Virus record (IMG/VR): IMGVR_UViG_3300033076_000042
Span: 1 to 25,398 of that record
Direction: 5' to 3' (one strand)
DNA from: a virus
Taxonomy: Duplodnaviria; Caudoviricetes
Length of the DNA: 25,398 bases
The translations under genes and the position numbers were made by a program. The notes below the pieces were generated by a model. The model was given only the letters and a program-made list of their open reading frames with translations. It made no database searches and was not told the DNA's origin. Within the stretch, counting starts at the first letter, position 1, and every line of letters begins with the position of its first letter. This document shows positions 8,280 to 17,399 of the stretch, piece after piece.

Positions 8280-9584
8280 TTATTGGTACTTTTTCAACAG
8301 AGCATCAATGTTGGACGCAGCGGGCGCGGCGGCAGGTGCTGGGCTTTGGCCAGGAATATCTGCTGCGCCAGCGCGGCGAGGAGCAGGTGTCGGTTTTTCG
8401 ACAGTGAGTGGGACGTTGGTCTTGATGCCTTTGACTTTTTTGTTGTGCAAGTCAATCACATTGTTCGCTGCGCGGTCGTTGATGTCGATAATCCGACGCA
8501 GGGCGCTCTCCGTCAAACTGATCTTGCCACCGGCCATTCGTTCGGCGTAGGAGCGGTCAGCGTCCGACAGACCGGTGCCTGCACCAAACTGCTTGATCAG
8601 CTTGCCGACGTTGGCGCCCATGTTGGCGGCGTAGGCTTGCGAGTTGTTCGCAGCGTCTGCGTAGCCAAAGTCAATACCGACTTGTTTAAGTGCTTGGTTA
8701 AGGCCCACCAAGAACTCCGCGCCAGTGCCAGTGATTGCGCCGGAATTGAGCAAATCACGGCCAACTTGGTTGGTCGCCAAAATTTGCGCGGCGTCTTCGG
8801 CGTTAGTGCGGCTTTCAAGAATTGATTTGGATTGACCGCTGCCCAGCCCTTTTTCAAACTCGGTTTCTTGCGGCGGCAGCACAACTTTAGTGTTCGGCGC
8901 AGAAGCGCGCTTCAACTCCAACTGACGTTGGGCAAATGCTGGGTTTTCTTGGCCGTATTGGAACTCGCGGATCGACGTTGGAACCTTGTGCATCTCAGCC
9001 AACTGCGTCTTGTACATTTCCGCAATAGCTTTGGCGCGGGGATCAGCCGACGAGCTGTACTTCACATACTGCTGGCGCAGGAATTGCTCAGTAGGCGGCG
9101 CAGCCATCGCATTGACAGGCGCGGCGGCAGGAGCTGCGCCAGGCGCAACCATAGCATTGGCAGGTGCAGCAGGCATGGCCGGAGCGGCGCCGGGGGATGC
9201 CAGTGCGTTAGCTGGTGCAGGGGCGGCGGCGCCAGGTGCGGCAGCGCCAAAGTCACGGGCGTACATGGCGTCAAAGTCTGTAATGGCTTTTAAACGCTGC
9301 TTACCTTCAATACCTTTGGTGACGTATTCTGGCTGACCAGTAGCAATCAACGCGTCAAACACTCTGTTCATGTCCGGGTCTTTGCCTGCGGCAAGAAGCT
9401 GTTGCTGCAACTGTTGCATGGCCGCGCGGTCTTGTTTGATTTGATCCAGTTTGTACTGATTCATTTCGCGCTGCTGCGCCTGCTCAGCAAGCGTATTGCG
9501 TTGCTGTTCAGCCTGACGGTATCCCGTGGCAAACGAGGTTGCCAACTCGGGTTTGAGAATACCTACGTCGATAAGTCCAGCCAT
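8280..9584 (-). CDS. Internal virion / DNA ejection protein (P22 gp20 position)
   Basis: 434 aa, Gln/Ala-rich helical protein with Pro-Ala linkers; synteny. Confidence 0.62.
   Translation of the reverse strand: MAGLIDVGILKPELATSFATGYRQAEQQRNTLAEQAQQREMNQYKLDQIKQDRAAMQQLQQQLLAAGKDPDMNRVFDALIATGQPEYVTKGIEGKQRLKAITDFDAMYARDFGAAAPGAAAPAPANALASPGAAPAMPAAPANAMVAPGAAPAAAPVNAMAAPPTEQFLRQQYVKYSSSADPRAKAIAEMYKTQLAEMHKVPTSIREFQYGQENPAFAQRQLELKRASAPNTKVVLPPQETEFEKGLGSGQSKSILESRTNAEDAAQILATNQVGRDLLNSGAITGTGAEFLVGLNQALKQVGIDFGYADAANNSQAYAANMGANVGKLIKQFGAGTGLSDADRSYAERMAGGKISLTESALRRIIDINDRAANNVIDLHNKKVKGIKTNVPLTVEKPTPAPRRAGAADIPGQSPAPAAAPAASNIDALLKKYQ
9095..9250 (-). repeat. Degenerate Pro/Ala-rich coding repeat (about 3 x PGAA-x-A-P-x-NA[LM])
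   Basis: APGAAAPAPANALAS / PGAAPAMPAAPANAMVA / PGAAPAAAPVNAMAAPP. Confidence 0.6.
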
Positions 9585-9593
9585 GATTGCTCC

Positions 9594-10355
9594 TTAAAGC
9601 CCGGCTTCTTGCGCAGCAAGCATACGGGTTTGCTCTGAACCTACGTTGGTCCCATAATTCCAAGCGGTGCCGGGGTTGCCAAAATAGTTACCAACCTGCG
9701 ACCAGTTGGTGTTCAGCGCCTGATTAAGCGCGTTGCCGTAACCACCATACTGGCTGGCGCGGATGTTGCCCTGTTGCAACGCCAAATTGCCTTGATTTGC
9801 AGCGTTGGTCATTGCCAGCGCATTGGCTTGGTTGGCGTAAGTGCCACCGGCGCTGCCCAGCGTATCAGCGGCAGTCTGCCCGACACCGGCCAGTGATTGC
9901 AGCGGACGCAGCATTTGATTTCGCTCGTTGTAGTAGCGGTCAAATGCGTTTTGGTATTCCTGAGATGCTTGCTGCTGACCGTAGCCTTGCGCCGCTTTGA
10001 GCGCAGCGCCAGAGATCAGGCCACCACGGGCAGCGGCTTGCCGATCAAGGGCTTTCAGACCCTCTGATAATCGGAATTGGTAGCCGGGGTCTTGCTGCCA
10101 ATTTGTCTGGGTGAACGGTGTCCCAAATTCACCACCTTTTCCAAGTCCCGCCGCTAGTCGATTGATTGCGCCGGTGCCTGCCTGAAGCCAAGGCTGCTGA
10201 CGTGCAACGCCTTCTTCATACATGCGCTGCTGAAGCGCCAAAGCCTCGCGCTGCGCTTGTGCGGAAATGTTGGCCGCTTGGGTTGTAGCGTCTGCCTGTT
10301 TACTGGCAGGACCAAAACCAAATACGTCCGCTACTGCGTTGACAATATCACCCAT
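9594..10355 (-). CDS. DNA transfer / ejection protein (P22 gp7-like)
   Basis: QQPWLQAG, DPGYQFRL.EG..ALDR.AAARGGLISGAALKA..YGQ..ASQEY motif of gp7-like pilot proteins. Confidence 0.8.
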   Translation of the reverse strand: MGDIVNAVADVFGFGPASKQADATTQAANISAQAQREALALQQRMYEEGVARQQPWLQAGTGAINRLAAGLGKGGEFGTPFTQTNWQQDPGYQFRLSEGLKALDRQAAARGGLISGAALKAAQGYGQQQASQEYQNAFDRYYNERNQMLRPLQSLAGVGQTAADTLGSAGGTYANQANALAMTNAANQGNLALQQGNIRASQYGGYGNALNQALNTNWSQVGNYFGNPGTAWNYGTNVGSEQTRMLAAQEAGL

Positions 10356-10713
10356 GTTTTTTCTCCAATCGAATGACGCCGTTCTCTCGACTCACTTCTT
10401 GAAACCCAAAGTGCCGCGCCAGACGAAGTGAGGGTGTATTCCGCTCGTCAATCCGTGCGACGATTTTACCGTGAAGTGCCCCCATTCGGTCAAGGTATCC
10501 GCTGAGGATGGATCGAATGCGCCATTTTCCGCGCTTTTCGGGCACAACAAACAAATCAAACTCATTGCCCACCGCGATAAATGCGCCTCCATCGAACAGC
10601 TCGATGTCAGTATGGGCTTCAATCGCATCGCGTAGGCCATCCTTTGCCTCGTATCCTTTGTACTCGCGCAAGTGATCTTTGACCACTTGCCACACGTCAT
10701 CAGGTAACTTCAC
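10348..10713 (-). CDS. GNAT acetyltransferase-fold protein (P22 gp14 position)
   Basis: FVVPEKRGKW and N.PSLRLARHFGF motifs. Probable GTG start at 10713 overlapping the end of the upstream gene. Confidence 0.65.
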   Translation of the reverse strand: MKLPDDVWQVVKDHLREYKGYEAKDGLRDAIEAHTDIELFDGGAFIAVGNEFDLFVVPEKRGKWRIRSILSGYLDRMGALHGKIVARIDERNTPSLRLARHFGFQEVSRENGVIRLEKKHG

Positions 10714-11035
10714 GGCCCGACACGCGCATGTTGATGGCGCTGGCGGTCCCGGCAATCGTCGAAATGAAGTCGCCATTTCCCAATACCTGCCCAACCAGCT
10801 CGGGGAAGGTGTACACCTCGGCAGGCTGGAGCGTCTTGGTCTTGGTGATCAAGTTGCTGTTGCCAGCCGAGAACGAGGCCGTTACGAGGTTGACCGAGAT
10901 CGTTGCTGCACTGGCGCTGTAATTGGTCGCCGTGAACTTGTCGATGATCGTGGTCACGCCCGAAGCCGTGTACTGGGTGGTTTGGGTGTTCTCCACCGTC
11001 TTGGCGGGAACGAGGACTTTGACGGTCACTGTCAT
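10700..11035 (-). CDS. Conserved small beta-rich virion protein
   Basis: 111 aa, Thr/Ser-rich, alternating beta pattern, within the tail cluster; GGAG RBS. Confidence 0.7.
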   Translation of the reverse strand: MTVTVKVLVPAKTVENTQTTQYTASGVTTIIDKFTATNYSASAATISVNLVTASFSAGNSNLITKTKTLQPAEVYTFPELVGQVLGNGDFISTIAGTASAINMRVSGREVT

Positions 11036-11039
11036 GCTG

Positions 11040-12329
11040 TTACTCCAATTCCAACGAGTTGTTTGAGTCGTATTGCGTCATTATCCAACTTGTGCCATCA
11101 GACACCAAGGTGGCGTTGGCACCGGCAACGGCTTCCAAGATCGCCGTGGTAGCCGAACCACCGGCCAGCGGCACCACATTACTCGAAGCTGACACGAGGG
11201 TCTGGGCTTGGTAGTTCTGGAAGTGCAGCACCCGGCCAGTGTTGGTGCTGGCGCTGGGCAGCGTCACCGTGCAGGAAGACCCCGACTTGTTGTTGATCAG
11301 CCAAGTCTCGCCAGCGGCCACCGTGAAGTCGGCGGTTTTGGTGACCGGAGCACCACCCGCACCGGCAATAATTGCCGCAGGGGTGACGTTGGTCCAGTAG
11401 GTGCCGTTGTACTGGATCAGGTCGTTGGTGGCAAGGGTGCCGAACTGCACGTTTGAGTCGGTGCCGCCCAGCACAGAGCCAGTGGACACGCGAACAAACA
11501 CATCACCGGAACCTGCGGGTGCAGCGTTCACCACGACAGCAACGGTCGCCTTGACGTTGGGGGCGGTCGGCTGGGTTTTGGTCAGCCCGCCAGCAACCGA
11601 TGGGTTGTAGTACAGGATGTCGCCGTCTGCCCACGTTTCACCGACCGGAGCGCCGGTAGTGTTCCAGCCGCGCACATGGCCGAACGAGGTCACCAGACCA
11701 AACCCGTTGGTGGCGATGTCTTCGGCGGCGATACCCATCAGGTACTGACCGTCTGTCAACCCGGTGGCTGGAGCGCCTTTGATCACGCCGCTGGCACCCA
11801 CTGCGCCAGTGAACATGATCAGTTGACCCTTGGTGATGGTGCTGTCGGCCTTGATGTAGAAGTACTGCGCCTCACCGACCGGCTGGAGCACGTTGGCCGT
11901 CATCTGGATGCCCAGAGTCGTGCCGCCATCCCACGCCACCGTGCCGATGTCTGTCGGCAGGCTCTGAGGTGTCGTGTCGAACGTCACCCACGGCAAATTG
12001 GCCTGCTGAAGCTGGCTCATGGTGCCCAGTTCGGGCCGCACCTGCACCTCAAGCGCCTCAATTTGCTTTTGCATCTCGGCAATCTGCGCCAGCAGCCCGT
12101 CTTGCGAGGGACCGAGGTTCTCAGTGGCCTTGTTGATGCTGTGGTTGATCTCGTCGATGGTGACAGCCGGTGGGCCTTTTTGCACATCATCGAGCGAGAT
12201 GTCGCTGCCACCAGTCAACTGGTACAGCGACAAGAAGAACATGTACCACTCACGCGAGACGTTCCCCGTCCTCGGGTCGATGAAAGCAACCCGAGGAGGT
12301 GTGATTGGGACGTTTAACGGATTAGGCAT
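11040..12329 (-). CDS. Multi-domain tail protein (tail needle gp26 position)
   Basis: Follows gp10. N-terminal PITPPR..FIDPRTG.VSREWY.F, short coiled coil, then two beta-rich fibre-type domains. Start MPNPL at 12329. Confidence 0.65.
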   Translation of the reverse strand: MPNPLNVPITPPRVAFIDPRTGNVSREWYMFFLSLYQLTGGSDISLDDVQKGPPAVTIDEINHSINKATENLGPSQDGLLAQIAEMQKQIEALEVQVRPELGTMSQLQQANLPWVTFDTTPQSLPTDIGTVAWDGGTTLGIQMTANVLQPVGEAQYFYIKADSTITKGQLIMFTGAVGASGVIKGAPATGLTDGQYLMGIAAEDIATNGFGLVTSFGHVRGWNTTGAPVGETWADGDILYYNPSVAGGLTKTQPTAPNVKATVAVVVNAAPAGSGDVFVRVSTGSVLGGTDSNVQFGTLATNDLIQYNGTYWTNVTPAAIIAGAGGAPVTKTADFTVAAGETWLINNKSGSSCTVTLPSASTNTGRVLHFQNYQAQTLVSASSNVVPLAGGSATTAILEAVAGANATLVSDGTSWIMTQYDSNNSLELE

Positions 12330-13758
12330 TTGCGCTGGCAGACAATCGTAGTTCTGCACCCGTGAGGACAATCTTCACCGGATCGGTACCGCTCAATTCA
12401 TACACCCGGTCGCGCAGCTTTTGCGTCATCCCGAGGCGACGGAAGTTCACCCGGCGGTAGTATTGGCCGATCTTACCAATGTCGTTCCAGTGTTCGTTGG
12501 ACCATGTGTGACCGCCGTCATCCGACCAGCGCAGCATGACCTGCGGGTTGCTGCCTTGGCCGTCATTTAGACCAACGCCGGATTCCAGATCAATCTGGAG
12601 GTCATGGTGGGCCGTGCGCACAAAGGTGTTTTGACCCGGTGGCAGCGCCCGCCACGAGCGCAGCCACTTCTGGGTTGCGCCGTTATCAGCGTACACGTCG
12701 AGGTCAAAGGCGTAGATGTTGGCGTTTTGGTAGTCACCCACGATCACTTCGTTGTTGAAGAAGACCTGGCAGTTACTACGGTGGCGGGTGAAATCGCCGT
12801 TGCTGAAGCCTGCGCGTTCGTGCCACGCCTGAGTCGAGGCGTCATAGACCCAAGTCTTGCCCGCAGTCGGGAAAATCAAGACGTAGAAGCTGTGGCCGTC
12901 TTGCTGGTAGGTGTAGCCGATGGCGTCCGAGATGGTGCCGTACTGCTGAATCTGCCACTCAATAGCGTGGGTCGAGATGCGCTGGCCGGTGTAGCCGTTG
13001 GCCCGGTAGACGATACCTTGACCACGGGCGTCTTGGCCGAGCCAGAACAGGCCGTTGTCCATTTTGGCGATCGAGTACGCCGCCACGCAGCCCAGTTCGT
13101 TGAACGCGCCTTGGATGCGGGAAAGGGGGAAGTCGGCGTTACCGCTGTCGTACCAAACCTCAACCGAGTTGGTACCCAGCACCCACACCTCGCGGTGGTC
13201 CACGATAAGGCCAACCACGCCGTCAGGTGAGCCTTCGGCAGACGCAAAGTCCAACGGGTCCACGCTCAGGCCGTCCAGCAGGCTGGTGATCCAGATGCGC
13301 TGGCTGTTTGGCTCGTTGAACACAAAGTAGCCGTCCAGATAGCCCACGGTCACCGCGCCGGGGAAGTCAGCGTCAGTGATGCGGGCGAATACGTCTGTCG
13401 TGGCGTTGTAGATGTAGCTGGGGCCGTTGCAGGCAATGAACAACTGGGTGCCGTTGTCAGCCATGCTGACCGGGCCTTCAGTGCCGTACACCGTGCCCAG
13501 TTCGGTCACGTTGTAGCTGGAGTCCAGCTTGTACAGCTTGTCGCGGCTGACAACGTACATGAACCCGTTGTAAGCCCACATGCCACGGATCGGCCCAAGG
13601 CCGACGCTGGCAAGCTGGCGCAGGCCGGGGGCGCGGTTCAGGAACGCAGGCTCCAGACCACCCTCGGGCACGATCTCGGGGAACAAGTTGATCATCCGCG
13701 CATCGGCGGCGTTCACCGAGCGGGCGACGTAAGCTGATCCGAGGAAGGGCGTCTTCAT
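12322..13758 (-). CDS. Tail hub / DNA stabilization protein (P22 gp10-like)
   Basis: 478 aa; YLDGYFVF, FASAEGSPD, TWVYD..TQ.WHER, LRWSDDGG.TWS, IGQY..RV.FRRLG motifs. Confidence 0.88.
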   Translation of the reverse strand: MKTPFLGSAYVARSVNAADARMINLFPEIVPEGGLEPAFLNRAPGLRQLASVGLGPIRGMWAYNGFMYVVSRDKLYKLDSSYNVTELGTVYGTEGPVSMADNGTQLFIACNGPSYIYNATTDVFARITDADFPGAVTVGYLDGYFVFNEPNSQRIWITSLLDGLSVDPLDFASAEGSPDGVVGLIVDHREVWVLGTNSVEVWYDSGNADFPLSRIQGAFNELGCVAAYSIAKMDNGLFWLGQDARGQGIVYRANGYTGQRISTHAIEWQIQQYGTISDAIGYTYQQDGHSFYVLIFPTAGKTWVYDASTQAWHERAGFSNGDFTRHRSNCQVFFNNEVIVGDYQNANIYAFDLDVYADNGATQKWLRSWRALPPGQNTFVRTAHHDLQIDLESGVGLNDGQGSNPQVMLRWSDDGGHTWSNEHWNDIGKIGQYYRRVNFRRLGMTQKLRDRVYELSGTDPVKIVLTGAELRLSASANA

Positions 13759-14468
13759 TGTGGGTAGCCGGTGTAGATGTTGAAGCGGTTGCGCGTTGCC
13801 ACAACAGCGTAGGGCATCGACATCACATCGTCAGGGTTGTTGATACGCTTCAAGTTGCGCTTGCTGGTCATAGCGATGCGCTGCACCTGCGGCGACGGCT
13901 CAACGCCGAACTCGGGGGCGATTTCACACGCGAGGTTGTAGGCAAACGCCCGCATGTAGCCCGGTGGGAAGTGCAATTCGGTCGCCAGTGTCTCGGCTTG
14001 AGACAACTCTTGCACCGAGATGAAGTGCCACACCAAGTCTTGCGTGGGGCGCGGGTAGATGTGCATTGTGATGTCTGGGAACGTGTTGTTCACAAACATG
14101 ACCTGCGGGTAGGTGGACGAATCGTACTTCTTGACGATGTTGTTGTACTGCAACTCGTTGATGAACGACGGGCTGTACGACACGTTGTTGGGGCCGATGA
14201 AGTACGTCGAGTCCAGAAGCTGAACAGGGCGGTCGCCAACAAAGTCACCCGAGGGACCGAGGGTTTGGGAGATTTCGTTGGCGGGCCATGTGAAGATTTG
14301 ATCGCGGGTGCTGTACACCGACAGACGCTCGGTAGACCAGCTATCGAGCATCTGATTGAGCGCGATCAATGCGTCATTGGCAGTGTCCGCTGACGGGGTT
14401 TCCCCTTCGGCCAAAACGCCGAGAAGGCGCAAGGCCCGGTTAATTTGTTCGCCAGCGGTGGTTGCCAT
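13755..14468 (-). CDS. Head-tail adaptor (P22 gp4-like)
   Basis: TAGEQINRALRLLGV...DAL.ALN.MLDSW and P.GY..A..YNLA.EIAPEFG motifs. Confidence 0.82.
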   Translation of the reverse strand: MATTAGEQINRALRLLGVLAEGETPSADTANDALIALNQMLDSWSTERLSVYSTRDQIFTWPANEISQTLGPSGDFVGDRPVQLLDSTYFIGPNNVSYSPSFINELQYNNIVKKYDSSTYPQVMFVNNTFPDITMHIYPRPTQDLVWHFISVQELSQAETLATELHFPPGYMRAFAYNLACEIAPEFGVEPSPQVQRIAMTSKRNLKRINNPDDVMSMPYAVVATRNRFNIYTGYPQ

Positions 14469-14469
14469 G

Positions 14470-14706
14470 TCAGTTTCCTTCGGATTCTTCGCTTACCGAC
14501 TTCTCGTCGTTGGGCTGTTCGATGGTGGATTCAGTCACTTTGCGGGTGTACTTGCGCTTGGGCGCTTCAGCTACCGGCTCAGGTGCCGCCGTGACAGGCG
14601 TGTCCGCATTGTAGCGCGTCCAGCCATTTTTTTCATCTGCTTCCAGTTCCAGTTGGTTGGTTGCAACCTTCGCCCCGTGGATGGGGTGGACCATGACTAC
14701 GTTCAT
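14470..14706 (-). CDS. Small hypothetical protein downstream of coat
   Basis: AAAGGAA RBS; HPIHGAKVA...GW.RY domain plus a PKRKYTRK basic, disordered tail. Confidence 0.7.
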   Translation of the reverse strand: MNVVMVHPIHGAKVATNQLELEADEKNGWTRYNADTPVTAAPEPVAEAPKRKYTRKVTESTIEQPNDEKSVSEESEGN

Positions 14707-14723
14707 GTTACGTTCCTTTCAAG

Positions 14724-14747
14724 AAAAACCCCCGCACGAGGCGGGGG
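14724..14747 (-). terminator. Rho-independent terminator after the coat gene
   Basis: Minus strand CCCCCGC-CTCGT-GCGGGGG followed by TTTTTCTT. Confidence 0.85.
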
Positions 14748-14768
14748 CGGGTACTCACCTAGTGAAGA

Positions 14769-15977
14769 TTAACCCCACATACGGCAGGCCATCTGCGGAC
14801 GGATGGTGTTGTAGCCGTACAGGATGTCAACACGGCAGGGCAGCGTGTCAGCGCTGATGTCGTACTGGCGCACGATACGCAGGCTGATGCCGTTGTGAAC
14901 GGCGCGGCTGGCCATGTCAACGCCTTGGGGCAGCAACAGGTCGGCAGTAGCGAAGGCGATGGCGTCCTTGTGGTAAGCCATGTTCTGCGCGTAGCTGGTG
15001 GAGGCAGCGCCCACGAACACCACGGCAGCGCCGGAGGCCGGGAACGAGTCCACGGTGGCCAGAGCGTTGGAAGCGGTGTAGATAGGAGCAACAGTGATGT
15101 CGCCAGCGCCAGAGCTGTTCAGGGTCACGTCAGCCAGAGCGACAAACTGGAACAGAGAGCCGGTGGACTCACGGGTCTGGGGGTTGACAGCGTAGCAGCC
15201 AGCCACGGTGAACACGTCGCCGATCTTGATGGTGCCAGCGTTACCAGCGCCGGTGATGGCGATGGTGGTAGCACCTTGGGTCGACACGGAAGCGGACAGG
15301 GTACCGCCGGTGGCAGTACGCGAACCGGTCGTGAACGACTTGATCGACTGGGACATGTTGACTTCATCGTAGCCCAGAACGCTCTCGCCCATCATGCCGT
15401 TCTTGAACTGGCGGGAGATCACGTCGGTGGGGTTGAAGAAGCCGGACAGGCCGTTCACCAGAGCAGCGTTAGCGGCAGGGTTCACGGTCAGGTAACGAGG
15501 CGACATGGTGGCGGCGTTCTCGTTCAGCTTCTGCTGGGCTTGCAGCATCACCAGAGCGGTAGCGGGCGTGGTGCCGGGGGTACCAACGCTGTTACCGATA
15601 GCCTTGAAGCTGTTAGCCACGTCAGCGTCAACGCTGGAGGCCAACTGGCTGATACGAGGCTTCAGAACGCGCTCTGCAAAGTCGTCCATGCTCAGGGCCA
15701 GTTCAGCGGACGTGAAGGACACGCCGATGTGCTTCTGGCTGGAAACCGTCAGAGTGGTGTACTGTTCGTTGTCGTCCTGAGCAGTCAGGGCGGCACCGTC
15801 AGTCACCAGAGCGCGGTCGGGCAGGCGAATACGCAGGGTAGAACCGATCTTGGCACCGGTGACAGCGAAGCTGTCATCGTACTGACGGTTCACGTTGCGG
15901 GTGAGCACGAGGTTATTCTCGAGGATTTCCAAACTCTTGCGTGTGATCATGTCGATCGTAAGCAGACTGTTAGACAT
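14769..15977 (-). CDS. Major capsid protein (P22 gp5 coat family)
   Basis: MSNSLLTIDMITRKSL.ILEN, KIGSTLRIRLP, AYHKDAIAFATADL..P, CRVDILYG; strongly biased codon usage. Confidence 0.93.
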   Translation of the reverse strand: MSNSLLTIDMITRKSLEILENNLVLTRNVNRQYDDSFAVTGAKIGSTLRIRLPDRALVTDGAALTAQDDNEQYTTLTVSSQKHIGVSFTSAELALSMDDFAERVLKPRISQLASSVDADVANSFKAIGNSVGTPGTTPATALVMLQAQQKLNENAATMSPRYLTVNPAANAALVNGLSGFFNPTDVISRQFKNGMMGESVLGYDEVNMSQSIKSFTTGSRTATGGTLSASVSTQGATTIAITGAGNAGTIKIGDVFTVAGCYAVNPQTRESTGSLFQFVALADVTLNSSGAGDITVAPIYTASNALATVDSFPASGAAVVFVGAASTSYAQNMAYHKDAIAFATADLLLPQGVDMASRAVHNGISLRIVRQYDISADTLPCRVDILYGYNTIRPQMACRMWG

Positions 15978-15978
15978 T

Positions 15979-16512
15979 TCAATTTCCTTTCAATGATGAA
16001 GAAGTATGGTGAGGACACACGCCGCCGTTCTTATGCTTTCCCGTATTGCAGTTCATACAGAGAACTTGGTAGCCCGGAGGGAATCCAGACTTCCTTAGCC
16101 ACTGATAAAAGCCAATCCCAGAACCTGCGTACAGACCTGATTTTCGCTCTTCAGCGCCGTTGTTGTCTATATGGTCAATCGAGAGAAACAATGGTTCAGT
16201 TTCACCGCAGCAGTTGCATTTGTAGCCGCCATAAGCGCCGTACACTTGGTCCCTGCAAACCGCTTGCGAGCGTTTTGTCTTGTCTGCTTCAGCTTTGCGA
16301 ATCGCGGCGGCTTCATCAGGCGAGGCATTGGCTAACTTGCGGTTGCGCCATTCTCGTGAAAGTTTGCGGGATTGCTCCCGATTCGCTTCACGCCAATCGC
16401 GCATACGTTGGTTGTACCGTTCCCGGTTGCGTTCTCGGTATCTGGCTGATGCTTCTCTGTTGCGTTGCCGCTTCAGTTCTTCAGCAGTCAAAGACTGATT
16501 ATCCCTTTCCAT
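15979..16512 (-). CDS. Free-standing HNH endonuclease (probable homing endonuclease)
   Basis: Arg-rich N-terminal helix, then YGGYKCNCCGE...LSIDHIDNNG...YQVLCMNCN..K...GVCPH. AGGAGG RBS before ATG 16512. Confidence 0.85.
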   Translation of the reverse strand: MERDNQSLTAEELKRQRNREASARYRERNRERYNQRMRDWREANREQSRKLSREWRNRKLANASPDEAAAIRKAEADKTKRSQAVCRDQVYGAYGGYKCNCCGETEPLFLSIDHIDNNGAEERKSGLYAGSGIGFYQWLRKSGFPPGYQVLCMNCNTGKHKNGGVCPHHTSSSLKGN

Positions 16513-16554
16513 TTCCACCTCCTGTTTCGGGTAATCATACCCTACTTTGGAAGG

Positions 16555-17352
16555 TCAGCGGTTTTTGAGTGCCTGCATCTTCGCAATCTGACGGCGGCGT
16601 TCGGCCTCAATCCACTCCGAATCACTCATGGTCTTGGTAGCCCGAGGATCGGTGGTATCAACGATACCTGTGTTTGAGACTCGTGCGCTTACCGGCTTGA
16701 TAGGCTCGGGAGCAGACGTTGTTTTCTTGACCGGGGGAGCGTCGGCCAACTTGGCCTCGATCTTCCCAATCTCTTTTGCCTGCAAAAAGGGCGACAGGCG
16801 GGCGATGCGCTCGGCTTCCTTGGGGTTTGTTCCGAGGTGGTAAGCCAACTCAGGACCAATCTCCGAGGCGCGGATCGTTTCAGCCATGACATCGGTGATG
16901 GGAAGCTGCGGGTTGTATGCGACTTGGTCAAAGTCATCATACTTGCCACGGACTTCTTCTTCCTTGTCGTGGTAGGCTTCCATGATCTCAGCCTGACGCT
17001 TGGCAGTCTCACGCTGCGCGATCAGCTCTTGAGCACGTTTCTCGGCCAGTGCTTCCGCATAGGCTTCGGGCGACTCAAACTGGTCCGCTGGCGGCAATTC
17101 TGCCGGAACTCGGGCTTTGGCTTGCATCTCTGCTTGCTTGGCCTGTTGTTCGCGTTCCCACTTACGTTGCTCTCTTGCGAGGCGCTTGCCGATCATCGCA
17201 TCGAGTTCAGCTTGGGAGAACTTTTTCTCCTCGGGTGTCTCGTTGCTCTGTTCAGCGACTTCCGGCGCATTTTGTGCATTCTCGGGAGTGGCCGTCACTT
17301 CCGGTGCTGGCGCGGAGTCAACTTCCGCTAAGGTTTGGACTTCATCAGTCAT
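16555..17352 (-). CDS. Capsid scaffolding protein
   Basis: Acidic, helical; FSQAELDAMIGKRLAREQRKW, GPELAYHLG.NP.EA.RI, basic C-terminus; upstream of coat. Confidence 0.82.
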   Translation of the reverse strand: MTDEVQTLAEVDSAPAPEVTATPENAQNAPEVAEQSNETPEEKKFSQAELDAMIGKRLAREQRKWEREQQAKQAEMQAKARVPAELPPADQFESPEAYAEALAEKRAQELIAQRETAKRQAEIMEAYHDKEEEVRGKYDDFDQVAYNPQLPITDVMAETIRASEIGPELAYHLGTNPKEAERIARLSPFLQAKEIGKIEAKLADAPPVKKTTSAPEPIKPVSARVSNTGIVDTTDPRATKTMSDSEWIEAERRRQIAKMQALKNR

Positions 17353-17399
17353 GGTTCAACTCTTTTGAGTTCCCGGTCTACTGGGCCGGTACAGTTCTT

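Noticed and set aside
5830-14393. Many 100-250 aa plus-strand ORFs opposite the structural genes
   Set aside because: Antisense shadows typical of GC-rich coding DNA; the minus-strand genes tile the region with coupled starts and stops.
14759-15091. Alternative-frame ORF at the coat 3' end as a programmed frameshift product
   Set aside because: It ends only 10 nt beyond the coat stop, adds no domain, and no convincing slippery site was seen.
15979-16554. Group I intron or intein hosting the HNH
   Set aside because: Scaffold and coat each have intact ends, and the non-coding flanks (about 40 nt and 1 nt) are too short for a ribozyme.
14895-16568. 557-aa plus-strand ORF antisense to coat and HNH
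   Set aside because: Codon-aligned shadow of the biased coat gene, with no RBS and no protein-like motifs. Staying open across the HNH gene is curious but can follow from its Arg/Glu-rich composition.
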